Shown here one piece after another: positions 1-10,739 of a stretch of DNA of 64,000 nucleotides; the first letter of the stretch is position 1; every line of letters starts with the position of its first letter. This stretch comes from Octopus vulgaris (Eukaryota), in assembly GCA_951406725.2 (NCBI GenBank), contig OX597836.1:15438001-15502000 (forward strand). Direction: 5' to 3'. The notes beneath the pieces were generated by a model. The model was not told where the DNA came from and ran no database searches. It saw only the letters and a list, made by a program, of their open reading frames with translations. The position numbers and the translations under genes are program-made.

Positions 1-1
1 C

Positions 2-2974
2 TGGTCATGGAAAAGATCGAAACTACTTCTCTTGACCAAAGTGACAGTTTCTGTGGCACCGGAGACTCTTTATTGCCTTACTTTCAACCCTCAAACACAT
101 TTCAACGTGTATATATTTGGCAACAAGTTCCTTAAATTGTTCCGCTTCGAAGGATGCGAAAACAAACAATTCAATTTTCCGAAGATCGTACCTCAAGATT
201 TCAAATGCTATTGCTGGGATGCGAACCAACGTCTTTTGGTGGGTACAGGCAGTGGCCGAGTGTTGTTTATCGAAGATAAGGATTTAAGACTTGACTTTAA
301 TGTATTCCAATATACGAATATTTCCGACGAATCCGTCAAGTCATATGGAGTAACGGCTATTTCCAGTTATTCTGAAGGGTTTATTACAGCGTGTGGTAAA
401 TCTGTGCACTTTTTTGAATGGGTTGAGGCCAAGGATACTTACAACTTTGTCAGGAGTGTATATCTGCCGTCACATGCTTTGGACAACAGTGACTTGCATG
501 ACCAGATTATAAAATGGATGGTGGTGAATCCATCGGAGGACTTTCTCGCTATTAGCACCAACATGAAACAACTGTATTCTACACCAGTTAATCCACCAGG
601 AACAGAACATTCGAATAAAGTAATTGTGTTTGATGTCTTAGTTCAACCTTTCCATTTTAAACCTATCACTGGATGTTGTGTTTGTACGTGGAAACCTTTC
701 ATTGTAACCAGCTCTCTAGACGGTTCTATAAAACTATGGAACTACAAAACGTGTAGCTTAGAATTTTCTGTAAATTTTTCATCAGAAGTCTACAGCATAT
801 CTATGCACCCAATGGGACTATTTCTTCTGGCAGGCTTCAGCGACAAATTACGTTTCATGTATATTCGTAAGAACGACTTCAAACAGTTTAAGGAATTCGA
901 TATCCGCATGTGTACGCATTGCAACTTCAGTCGAGGTGGTCAAATGTTCGCGGCGGTCAGCAATAACTTCATACTAGTGTTCTCGGCGATTAATTTCGAA
1001 AGGCTATTTAAACTAAAAGGTCACAACAGCAAAATTCGAACTACCGTCTGGTGTATGGATGATGATAACCTTATCTCATGCGACTTGGGTGGAGCAATTT
1101 ACGAATGGGAAATAAAAACCGGGAAGCGAATTAGTCATTGTGCCTTGAAATCATGCGCTTATAACGATCTTGCAATGAATTTCGAGAAAAAAATATACGT
1201 CGTTGGTTCGGATTATTCCTTGAAAGAAATCTACAAGTCTCAATTATTACGAGCATTGCGAACGGAAAATGTTCTTTACACATCGATTGCTCTGTCATGG
1301 TCCAATACAGTGCTATTTGTGGGAACTAATAATGGTCATATAAGAAGTATGGAGTATCCTATAATTTTAAATGGAAAATATGTTGATTATCCTTGTCATA
1401 ATCTCGAAATTACGCACGTGATTTTTACACTCGATGATCGATATTTAATTTCAACATCAACAGATTCTTCGATTGCAATATGGAACGTTAGTGATTCTGA
1501 AGGTCGAAGTTTCAGACGGGACCTGAGTGCCATTTGGATAGAAGAAGTTTTATATCCGAGCCAAGGATTGAAAACAAAAAATTCTGAAATTTTAAATCTG
1601 AAATCCCGTGTAGAAAACCTCTCCAATGAAAACTTGTACGAATTGTATCTCAGAGACATGAGCTTCAAGGTCAAATTAAATGGGATACGCGAAAATCATA
1701 TTCAAGAAAAAGAAAATTTGGTAAGCAAAAATAAATTTCTAGAGAGCGATAAAGTCAGAGATAAGGCTATGTTTGACGAACAAATGGCAAAAATTATTGA
1801 ACAGCATTCCACAGACGTAGAATCCCTCAATAGTGTTGGTGATAAGAAGTTATTGCAAGAATGTGAAAAATACAAGAAGCTCCGTGCAAGAATGGTGACA
1901 CTACATGAAGAACAGGAGCAACAAGAACAAGATATGGTAGAAGAACATGAATATCTAGAAGAACAGTTGGAAAAAGAATACAAAAAGAAACTCGAAGATT
2001 TAGAGGAAGAAATTGATAAGCACGAGGAAGAAATTTTGATAAAGCAGAGAGAACACAATAAGGAAGAGAAGCGGATAGAGAGGGATGCCGAAAGAGAATA
2101 TATCAAGAAAAAAACCGAATATGAGAAACAGTTATATATCGAGAGAAATTCTAATTCTGATACGAAAGACCAAAATGACGTTTTGAAGAAGAAACTCTTA
2201 GCTTTCCCCAAAGAACTAAAAGATAGTGAAGATGAATGCCAGAAATACAAAATGGAAGTAAAAAGACTAAACATTGTTAAGAATAATCTGGAGAAAGATA
2301 TAAGTCACCTGTTAAACGAAACAGAGATCCAATTTCAAGGACTAAATGATGAAGAGAAACGTTTTTGTGACCTGAAGTTGAAGAATCAAGAAATCGAGGC
2401 GTCAAAATGTGAACTGGAACATAAAAATATCATCGAATTGAAACGCCAAGTCGAAGTGAGGGAGACGGCAATTGATAACTTGAAAATGCAGATCAGCGCT
2501 ATGGAAACCGAACTAGCATACTTTGCCCACCAGTTTGTCACCATGGGCCACACGATAGCAGAAACGAAAGAGAAGTTAATATCCACCTCGCAAGAACTGG
2601 ACCAAGTACGCACGGTGCTGTACAAAAAAACAGCTGTGTTGAACCTATTCTGCTCCGATCTTTTCAGTTGCATGTCCGTCCTACAAGAACCGCAAAAGCT
2701 GAAGAACAGCATCAAATTTCTTTATAAAAAATACATCGAGAAGACCGATAAGATTGTCATTACAGAACCCGGCGTACAACTGGAATGGAATCGGCAACGG
2801 AACCATTTCGAATACACCATACATAAAGTAAAGTATCAGTTGAACAGCACCACAAAACATGTTTCTCGAGATACTAATCGCTTGCTAACGAAATGCAATA
2901 ACATAGGAGATATATTGCAGAAAGCCAGACATCAAAACCATCGTTTGCAATCGATACTCGAGAGAGCTAAATGA
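2..2974 (+). CDS. CFAP57: CFAP57/WDR65-like WD40 + coiled-coil axonemal protein, copy 1 (intronless in window, 5'-truncated by window edge)
   Basis: Frame is open from base 2 (WSWKRSKLL, aligning to WSWEKSKLL of copy 2), so the TTG at 32 is not the start. Motifs [60 protein letters not shown] and EWNRQRNHFE match CFAP57; C-terminal half is E/K-rich coiled coil. Confidence 0.88.
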   Translation, partial: WSWKRSKLLLLTKVTVSVAPETLYCLTFNPQTHFNVYIFGNKFLKLFRFEGCENKQFNFPKIVPQDFKCYCWDANQRLLVGTGSGRVLFIEDKDLRLDFNVFQYTNISDESVKSYGVTAISSYSEGFITACGKSVHFFEWVEAKDTYNFVRSVYLPSHALDNSDLHDQIIKWMVVNPSEDFLAISTNMKQLYSTPVNPPGTEHSNKVIVFDVLVQPFHFKPITGCCVCTWKPFIVTSSLDGSIKLWNYKTCSLEFSVNFSSEVYSISMHPMGLFLLAGFSDKLRFMYIRKNDFKQFKEFDIRMCTHCNFSRGGQMFAAVSNNFILVFSAINFERLFKLKGHNSKIRTTVWCMDDDNLISCDLGGAIYEWEIKTGKRISHCALKSCAYNDLAMNFEKKIYVVGSDYSLKEIYKSQLLRALRTENVLYTSIALSWSNTVLFVGTNNGHIRSMEYPIILNGKYVDYPCHNLEITHVIFTLDDRYLISTSTDSSIAIWNVSDSEGRSFRRDLSAIWIEEVLYPSQGLKTKNSEILNLKSRVENLSNENLYELYLRDMSFKVKLNGIRENHIQEKENLVSKNKFLESDKVRDKAMFDEQMAKIIEQHSTDVESLNSVGDKKLLQECEKYKKLRARMVTLHEEQEQQEQDMVEEHEYLEEQLEKEYKKKLEDLEEEIDKHEEEILIKQREHNKEEKRIERDAEREYIKKKTEYEKQLYIERNSNSDTKDQNDVLKKKLLAFPKELKDSEDECQKYKMEVKRLNIVKNNLEKDISHLLNETEIQFQGLNDEEKRFCDLKLKNQEIEASKCELEHKNIIELKRQVEVRETAIDNLKMQISAMETELAYFAHQFVTMGHTIAETKEKLISTSQELDQVRTVLYKKTAVLNLFCSDLFSCMSVLQEPQKLKNSIKFLYKKYIEKTDKIVITEPGVQLEWNRQRNHFEYTIHKVKYQLNSTTKHVSRDTNRLLTKCNNIGDILQKARHQNHRLQSILERAK

Positions 2975-3231
2975 AAATTACGTATTGGATCCTGTTTATT
3001 TATTCATATCACTATAATCATTTGAATGAAACGAAACGAATCATATTTTGCAATATGTCTGTTTTACATAGAGTAAAACTGCTGTGAAGCAAGAATTTTT
3101 TAATAATATTGTTATAACTAATAAAGTTAATCTCACCGAAGTCTTTCATCTCAATAGCTTGATGACGACCTGCCGGGCGCGTCACCTTCACTATTAACAG
3201 TTCCAGTCCCGTTAGCACAGTTGTGGCTATT

Positions 3232-3600
3232 CTCTTTTTCTCTTTTATTTGTTTCAGTCATGTGACTGTGGCCATGCTGGAGCACCGCCTTTGGTCGAGC
3301 AAATCGACCCCAGGACTTATTCTTTGTAAGCTTAGTACTTATTCTATTGGTCTCTTTTGCCGAACCGCTAAGTTACGGGGACATAAACACACCAGCATCG
3401 GTTGTCAAGCCACGTTGGGGGGACTAACACAGACACATATAACGACGGGCTTCTTTCAGTTTCCGTCTACCAAATCCACTCACAAGGCTTTGGTCGGCCC
3501 GAGGCTATAGTAGAAGAAACTTGCCCAAGGTGCCACGAAGTGAGACTGAACCCGGAACCATGTGGTTGGTAAGCAGCTACTTACCACACAGTTACTCCTA
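3232..3600 (-). mobile_element. tRNA-derived CORE-type SINE (dominant octopus family)
   Basis: Minus strand has A/B-box-like head (GTGTGGTAAG...GGTTCAGTC), CORE-like TTGGGCAAG and tail CAGTCACATGACTGAAAC; over 15 related copies in the window. Confidence 0.85.
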
Positions 3601-3990
3601 CACCTATATATTTAATTTTTACATTACTCATTTAGAGATGGAATTTGTAAAGTTGTGCAATCATTGAGTTGGTAGCCAAGGCTCCGGGGGTCCACACACA
3701 CCCTCGGGTGCACTGTTTTTAGTTCCAGTCTCATTCCATACATTTTTTTTTATATCTTCGTATTTGACATTCTAAGAATTTTGGTGTTGAGGTAGCACAA
3801 CGATCGGTGTTTTTATTGAGTCACCTTTCTAGAGGGATTGCAGACCAAGGCTAAAGGGACCACTCCTCCCATGAGACAGCCTTAACTCCGCCGGACGCCA
3901 ACATGGTATTTCTAGGTCTCGGGGTGGGCTTAGAGGTACTACACTTTTCCCAACGGCGACCTAAAGATAGTTGCAGTTAAGGATAACCTT

Positions 3991-6150
3991 GTTCTACTCA
4001 CGTCGTGACGTCACAACCAGATGCACTTTCATACCATACCCTGGGCGTTCATGCCGTACCCACGGCGTTCTTCTCACGTCGTGACGCCACAACCAGATGC
4101 AGTTTCATACCATACCCTGGGCGTTCATGCCGTACCCACGGCGTTCTTCTCACGTCGTGACGCCACAACCAGATGCAGTTTCATACGATACCCTGGGCGT
4201 TCATGCCGTACCCACGGCGTTCTTCTCACGACGTGACGCCACTACCAGATGCAGTTTCATACCATACCCTGGGCGTTCATGCCGTACCCACGGCGTTCTT
4301 CTCACGTCGTGACGCCACAACCAGATGCAGTTTCATACGATACCCTGGGCGTTCATGCCGTACCCACGGCGTTCTTCTCACATCGTGACGCCACAACCAG
4401 ATGCAGTTTCATACCATACCCTGGGCGTTCATGCCGTACCCACGGCGTTCTTCTCACGTCGTGACGCCACAACCATATGTATACTTTCATACAATACCCT
4501 GGGCGTTCATGCCGTACCCACGGCGTTCTTCTAATGTCGTGACACCACAACCAGATGCAGTTTCATACCATACCCTGGGCGTTCATGCCGTACCCTACCC
4601 TGGGCGTTTATGCCGTACCCACGGCGTTCTTCTCACGTCGCGACGCCACAACCCGATGCAGTTTCATACCATACCCTGGGCGTTCATGCCGTACCCACGG
4701 CGTTCTTCTCACGTCGTGACGCCACAACCAGATGCAGTTTCATACCATACCCTGGGCGTTCATGCCGTACCCACGGCGTTCTTCTCATATCGTGACGCCA
4801 CAACCAGATGCAGTTTCATACCATACCCTGGGCGTTCATGCCGTACCCACGGCGTTCTTCTCACGTCGTGACACCACAACCAGATGCAGTTACATACCAT
4901 ACCCTGGGCGTTCATGCCCTACCCACGGCGTTCTTCTCACGTCGTGACGCCACACCCAGATCCAGTTACATACCATACCCTGGGCGTTCATGCCGTACCC
5001 ACGGCGTTCTTCTCACATCGTGATCCCACAACCAGATGCAGTTTCATACCATACCCTGGGCGTTCATGCCGTACCCACGGCGTTCTTCTCACGTCGTGAC
5101 ACCACAACCAGATGCAGTTACATACCATACCCTGGGCGTTCATGCCCTACCCACGGCGTTCTTCTCACGTCGTGACGCCACAACCAGATCCAGTTACATA
5201 CCATACCCTGGGCGTTCATGCCGTACCCACGGCGTTCTTCTCACATCGTGATCTCACAACCAGATCCAGTTTCATACCATACTCTGGGCGTTCATGCCGT
5301 ACCCACGGCGTTCTTCTCACATCGTGATCCCACAACCAGATCCAGTTACATACCATACCCTGGGCGTTCATGCCGTACCCACGGCGTTCTTCTCACATCG
5401 TGATCCCACAACCAGATGCAGTTTCATACCATACCCTGGGCGTTCATGCCGTACCCACGGCGTTCTTCTCACATCGTGATCCCACAACCAGATCCAGTTA
5501 CATACCATACCCTGGGCGTTCATGCCGTACCCACGGCGTTCTTCTCACATCGTGATCCCACAACCAGATCCAGTTACATACCATACCCTGGGCGTTCATG
5601 CCGTACCCACGGCGTTCTTCTCACATCGTGATCCCACAACCAGATCCAGTTTCATACCATACCCTGGGCGTTCATGCCGTACCCACGGCGTTCTTCTCAC
5701 ATCGTGATCCCACAACCAGATCCAGTTACATACCATACCCTGGGCGTTCATGCCGTACCCACGGCGTTCTTCTCACATCGTGATCCCACAACCAGATCCA
5801 GTTACATACCATACCCTGGGCGTTCATGCCGTACCCACGGCGTTCTTCTCACATCGTGATCCCACAACCAGATCCAGTTACATACCATACCCTAGGCGTT
5901 CATGCCGTACCCACGGCGTTCTTCTCACATCGTGATCCCACAACCAGATGCACTTTCATACCATACCCTGGGCGTTCATGCCGTACCCACGGCGTTCTTC
6001 TCACATCGTGATCCCACAACCAGATGCAGTTTCATACCATACCCTGGGCGTTCATGCCGTACCCACGGCGTTCTTCTCACGTCGTGACGCCACAACCAGA
6101 TGCAGTTTCATACCATACCCTGGGCGTTCATGCCGTACCCACGGCGTTCA
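3991..6150. repeat. 76-bp CpG-rich tandem array, about 28 units
   Basis: Unit TTCTCACGTCGTGACGCCACAACCAGATGCAGTTTCATACCATACCCTGGGCGTTCATGCCGTACCCACGGCGTTC recurs every 76 nt (4021, 4097, ... 6100); one +2 unit near 4477 and a 25-bp internal duplication near 4590. Confidence 0.97.
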
Positions 6151-6159
6151 TTCCATATC

Positions 6160-6281
6160 ATTATTATTATTATTAATTCAATATTATTTATTATTATTAT
6201 TTATTATTTTTTATTATTATTTATTATTATTTATTATTATTATTTATTATTATTTATATTATTTATTATTATTTATTATTA

Positions 6282-6380
<99 letters not shown>

Positions 6381-6390
6381 TTATTATCAT
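6160..6390. repeat. (TTA/TAA)n microsatellite
   Basis: Direct reading. Confidence 0.95.
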
Positions 6391-6745
6391 TTGTACAAGT
6401 TGGCTCTGAGTGTCAACCAGAGAACTCGGGAGACAAATTAGAAGTTCAAGTTGGTGTTATGCCGAGGGTGTCCTATATTTGGTTTTGCACATAGTATTGT
6501 TCTAGAGAATGCTTAAGAAAACATTAGAAAATTATTATAAGTTTGTTTTACAATTTGAGATTACATAAACAGTATTTTACGTAGGACATGGGCAGTTCCC
6601 AGGAGCACTATCTTTTTATTTTCTGCCATTTTGGGGGCTTCCTGGTATCTGAGCTAGGTAGGAATCAGCCCCTTTTGCTATCATTCCAAGGGTACCTATG
6701 ACAACAGGTATTGTTTTAGTCTTGAGTTTCCACATTTTGCCAATT
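6391..6745 (-). mobile_element. Dong/R4-clade non-LTR retrotransposon 3' end (restriction-like endonuclease C-terminus + 3' UTR)
   Basis: Hand translation of minus 6745..6572: IGKMWKLKTKTIPVVIGTLGMIAKG...SP/KMAENKKIVLLGTAHVLRKIL (one frameshift), the R4/Dong C-terminal pattern; runs into (TAA)n, the known Dong target. Confidence 0.8.
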
Positions 6746-8000
6746 TGTCACAGTTTGTCGCTCACATGGAGCTGCAAGTATGCCGATCTCAAGTCGACAA
6801 TCGTCGCTGCCTCGGTCGACTGTCTCCACTTACGTAACGCCTCGCCACAAACGTCTGTCGCCTCACCTCCCGTGTGACACGATATGTGCTGGTTTAGCTC
6901 CCTGAAGTCCAGCACCGGTTTGACTTTTCCCTTCGTAGGCTGCACCACCGCCATCAGGGGTAGCACTCCGCCCGCTACCTCCTCCTTCCAAGGGACAAGG
7001 ACCCCTTCCTCGATCCACCTCTCCGCATCGTCTTCAAACTCGACCCTGGCGTGGCCTTTCAGGGTATGCTGGTAACAGCTCACCCTGTTTTCCGGCGTCG
7101 GGGGCTCGTCCTTCCATCGCCACTCTATCGTCCACCGCTGACCATCGAACGCCGCCTGAAGGTCTTTGTCCTCGATGGTGTAAGCGGCGCAGTCCCTCGC
7201 GGGGCTCTGCTCTCTCTAGCGATCCTGACTCGCAGTGCACGACGCCCCCACGATTCCAAACGTGACCTCATTTCCCACAACACTGACGCCACTGAGGCAG
7301 TTGATGGCGTCCATCCCCATCACCACATCAACTCCATCTATCACGCGTTCGGTCACAATTGCCCGCAGCCTTAGCGTCGCGCCGCGCACCACTATCTTTA
7401 CCTTGCTGCTGCCTCTGCAACGGATTTCGCTGCCGTCGACCGCCCGGACACTACTCACCCTGTTCCATTCCTTCGTCACCCTCGAAGTCACAAGGGTGGT
7501 CGTACAGCCCGTATCCACGAGGGCCTTGAACGTCTTCCCCTCGGCCTCCACGTCAATCAATGGCAGCGTCTCCAATAGCGCCTCTACTCGTTTGCGGGGA
7601 AAGTTCGAGAGGCAGCAGCTTCCCCGCGGTCGTTTCCCTGGCCGCAATCGCGGGCAATGTGCCCTGTCTGCCTGCATCGATAGCAAACGGGCCCCGGCTG
7701 CGTACAGTCCCGCACCATGTGCGGTCCCTGGCATCTAAAACACCGTCCTGAGAACGGCCGCTCTCGTTGCATAAGCTTCTGTACGTCTTTCTCAGGACGT
7801 CGTCCGTCTTTACGCGCCTCCGTCACCGCCATCGCTATCGCCTTCCGCCCAGAGTGTCTCGTCAACACGCGGGTCTGAGCCACGAGTTCGCTCAGCGCCA
7901 TCTTTTTAATCCCGGGCAGTCGTTGTAGGTGAATCCCGACATCGTCGGGGAACCCATTCACAAACGCCAGCCGGGCTGCTCTCTCCAGAAACTCTCTCAA
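6746..8000 (-). mobile_element. Ty3/gypsy LTR retrotransposon gag-pol remnant (zinc knuckles, protease, start of RT)
   Basis: CFRCQGPHMVRDC and CYRCRQTGHIARDC knuckles; protease ALVDTGCTTTLV; RT PVLDFRELN...IVDLRSAYLQ. Protease and RT ORFs are in the same frame, split by a TAG at 7216-7218; truncated at both ends. Confidence 0.92.
7580..7638 (-). promoter_or_regulatory. -1 programmed ribosomal frameshift signal (G GGA AAC + H-type pseudoknot)
   Basis: Slippery heptamer at 7638..7632 in gag phase; -1 frame is the protease ORF; stem 1 GCGGGGAA/TTCCCCGC, stem 2 GCCTCT/AGAGGC. Confidence 0.8.
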
Positions 8001-8146
8001 GAAACTCGCAAAGACAATTTATATTTGACTTTCTTTCTTTTAAATTTCTTGTTTTTGTGTCATATTGTGTACCAAATCTTCTGGGGGATCGGCAGCCATC
8101 TGTTTTCTGCAGCCACTACAATTTTCTTGTTTCGTACTTCCGCACT

Positions 8147-8592
8147 CGAGGGGGAGCCATGTAGTGATGCTGTTGTGTAAGGTTCAGCGCACATGCGCAG
8201 AATGGGATTACTTCCGGTTGGCCACCGGAAGTCTTCCCCATGCGCATGTGCGGGAAACTGACCCCTAAAACGCGGATCGCTCATTCATCTTTTCTGGCCC
8301 TAGCAGCACTCGTGAACGGACGTGTACTGGCAGTCTCTGAGGACCTTCATATCAACCAAGCAGCGAACCACGACGAATCATTTCGACTAACAAACAAGAA
8401 TCAGTACTACAGATTCGGCTGTCGGTTTCGCTCCAGAGAACACGTACACCAGTTCTACATTACGACGAGAAATAAACAACATTCTTGCTGTGTTCGTAGA
8501 TCGCCTGACTTGTCTGTTATTTTAACTAAAATTGAATGTGACGGGATCAGATCGGACACCCCTCCAGTGATACCGAAACTGATCTTGTTACA
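8147..8592 (-). mobile_element. LTR (8160..8592, TG...CA) with adjacent putative tRNA-Asp primer-binding site (8159..8147)
   Basis: Termini TGTA...TACA; minus strand continues TGGCTCCCCCTCG, 12/13 complementary to the tRNA-Asp 3' end (CGACGGGGAGCCA). The same bases read as a PPT on +, so orientation is not certain. Confidence 0.7.
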
Positions 8593-8597
8593 TATAT

Positions 8598-8964
8598 ATT
8601 ACCTCCGCCAAGGAAGGAGGTTATGTTTTCATCGGCGTTGGTTTGTCCGTCTGTGTGCAAAATAACTCGAAAATTTGTGAACGGTATATGATGGAACTTG
8701 CAGAAAATGTTGGTAATGACACAAGGAACAGATGATGTAATTTTGGTAATGATCCGGGAATTTTATGGATTCTTGAAGGATTTTTCATTTGTTACATGAA
8801 GTAATACAATGTTACGTTATTTTGATTATCTCCCTTGAAAACACGTTCATCGTTTGCACGTAACCTATGGTGGCGTTACTGTTTCCAAAGTTTATTTTCA
8901 TTTCTCTATTAGTAATTTTACTCGCGTACCTATCTTAAAATGAGCCGCTTGGCGGAGGTCTGCG
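8598..8964 (+). mobile_element. Non-autonomous Helentron-type (HINE/DINE-1-like) element
   Basis: Subterminal inverted repeats ACCTCCGCCAAG (8601) / CTTGGCGGAGGT (8948), 5' hairpin ACCTCC..GGAGGT, GTCC/GTCT microsatellite remnant. Confidence 0.7.
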
Positions 8965-8969
8965 GAGGA

Positions 8970-9090
8970 TGACACGACAAGCCTTGACTATTGGGATCGA
9001 CTCAAAAAGCTCAGGCTCTGCTCCCTCCACCGCCGCTGTGAGCCCTATATCATCTGTATGATGTGGAAAATATTCCATCAACATTGCCCA
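8970..9090 (+). mobile_element. CR1-group LINE ORF2 C-terminal fragment
   Basis: Translates LDYWDRLKKLRLCSLHRRCEPYIICMMWKIF. Confidence 0.65.
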
Positions 9091-9196
9091 TCTTTTAAAT
9101 TTTGGAGTCAATCCGACGGGATCTAGTGGCCTTTAACCCGTTCCAATGCCCAAAGCAGACAAAACAAACTTTTCGAATTTCAGATTTATATATATA

Positions 9197-9975
9197 CTAG
9201 CAGTATCGCCCGGCGTTGCTCGGGTTTGTAAGGGAAATAACTATATAAGCATTTTTAGAGAGTTATAGCCCCAAAATAGCAAAAAAATGCATTAAAAATG
9301 GAAAAAAAATTATGGTAAATTTTTTTTAAATCGTTGACTCATCGTAGACATTTTTAGAGAGTTACTTCCCTTTTTAATAGCGAAAAAATGCATTAAAATG
9401 GAAAAAAATGATGGTAAATTTTTTTTTAATCGTAGACTCATTGTAGACGCGCGCTAATACCCAGAAAGGCTCGATATGAATCACGACTATAAGATACCCG
9501 GTTTTGGTTAAACTGCACCGCAAAATGTGGGAGTAGTTAGGAATCTAAATCGTAGGAGACAGGCACACAACTTGACTTTTATATATAAAGACTAGCAGTA
9601 TCGCCCGGCGTTGCTCGGGTTTGTAAGGGAAATAACTATATAAGCATTTTTAGAGATGTTAAGTATAATAGCCATCTCAATATGGCTAACCACAAAGGGG
9701 GGATGTTACTGTAGCTTTTTACGTTCTGAGATTTAATAAATTTTTAGAGAGTTACTTCCCTTATATATGCAAAAAATGCATTAAAAATGGGAAAAAATTA
9801 TTGTAAATTTTTTTTTAAATCGTAGACTCATCGTAGACGCGCGCTAATACCCAGAAAGGCTCGATATCAATCACGACTATAAGATACCCGGTTTTGGTTA
9901 AACTGCACCGCAAAATGTGGGAGTAGTTTGGAATCTTAATCGTAGGAGACAGACACACAACTTGACTTATATATA
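9197..9975 (-). mobile_element. Two head-to-tail non-autonomous Helitrons (9197..9591, 9592..~9975)
   Basis: Minus strand 5' TCTTTATATATAAAAG ... hairpin CCCGAGCAACGCCGGG ... CTAG 3'; junction CTAG|TC at 9592/9591. Confidence 0.85.
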
Positions 9976-10169
9976 TATATATATATACGCGCGCATGCAT
10001 GACTGTGTATGTCTCCCATCACCGCTTAGGAACCGGTGTATGTGTGTTTAAGTCCCCGTAACTTAGCTGTTCGGCAAAAGAGACCGAAAGAATAAGTACT
10101 AGGCTTCAAAAAGAAAATCAGTACTGGTGTCGACTTATTCGACTAAAAGCGAGGCTAAGGCGTTGGAAT

Positions 10170-10725
10170 AGCCAAGTACCCTCCCGGGCATCAGCAGACA
10201 CCTCGGTAAGGCGAGCCGCCAACGACGACAAGGACTTCGCCGTTAGCGGTCCAGCACCTTCCACACATATCAAACGTCACTGGTTGGAAGAGATAGTTCG
10301 CTGCCAGGTCCCGGTACTTCAGGGTTTAGCTCTGTTCGGCTACGGTAGTAGTGACCCCCCCATTTACCGCAGCATCCAGGATGTTGGTGGGTGGGGGGTG
10401 GGGCAAAAGCGTCACAAACCGTGACGTCCCAGATGGAGGCACTTACCTCTTACCCAAGAACAGAAGGTAAGACCATCTGGTCTCTTCCCATCACTTCTGG
10501 ATAATCCCGACAGCTGCAGAACAGAGCGGATATTAATCCGAGCCAGGGCCCGCTTAATGATTAAGTTTAGCTCGGTGTGACGAGCGTAGCGACCAGCACT
10601 TTGGTAGCAAGACAGATTGCGAAGACCTGTAGGATCAAGGGGCCTACCACAGCGGCATCTCATTCTCCACAAACGTCAGCTCACACTCTGAGTGCGATGG
10701 AGATGCGGAGCTCACCAAGACTGAG
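10170..10725 (-). mobile_element. CRE-like non-LTR retrotransposon fragment (zinc finger + restriction-like endonuclease)
   Basis: CRCG...SC...GRYARHTELNLIIKRAL...DGKRPDGLTFCSWVRGKCL then WDVT after a frameshift. Confidence 0.75.
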
Positions 10726-10739
10726 TACTTAAAGAGGTT

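Noticed and set aside
32-34. TTG start codon for CFAP57 copy 1
   Set aside because: The frame is open upstream and aligns to about residue 133 of copy 2; the true start lies outside the window.
1396-2715. Antisense ORFs inside the CFAP57 copies
   Set aside because: Shadow ORFs of E/K-rich coiled-coil codons.
3855-3885. HDV-like ribozyme (CAC-TCCTCCC-ATG resembles P3/L3)
   Set aside because: P3 is mismatched and P1/P1.1/P2 partners could not be assigned.
3991-6150. CRISPR array, tRNA array or ribozyme array
   Set aside because: Units are contiguous with no unique spacers and there are no cas genes. 76 nt is tRNA-sized but there is no cloverleaf or A/B box; no CTGANGA hammerhead core or HDV fold could be built on either strand.
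4021-6441. Series of 61-156 aa ORFs (MQFHTIPWAF...)
   Set aside because: Artefact of a 76-nt period cycling through the three frames.
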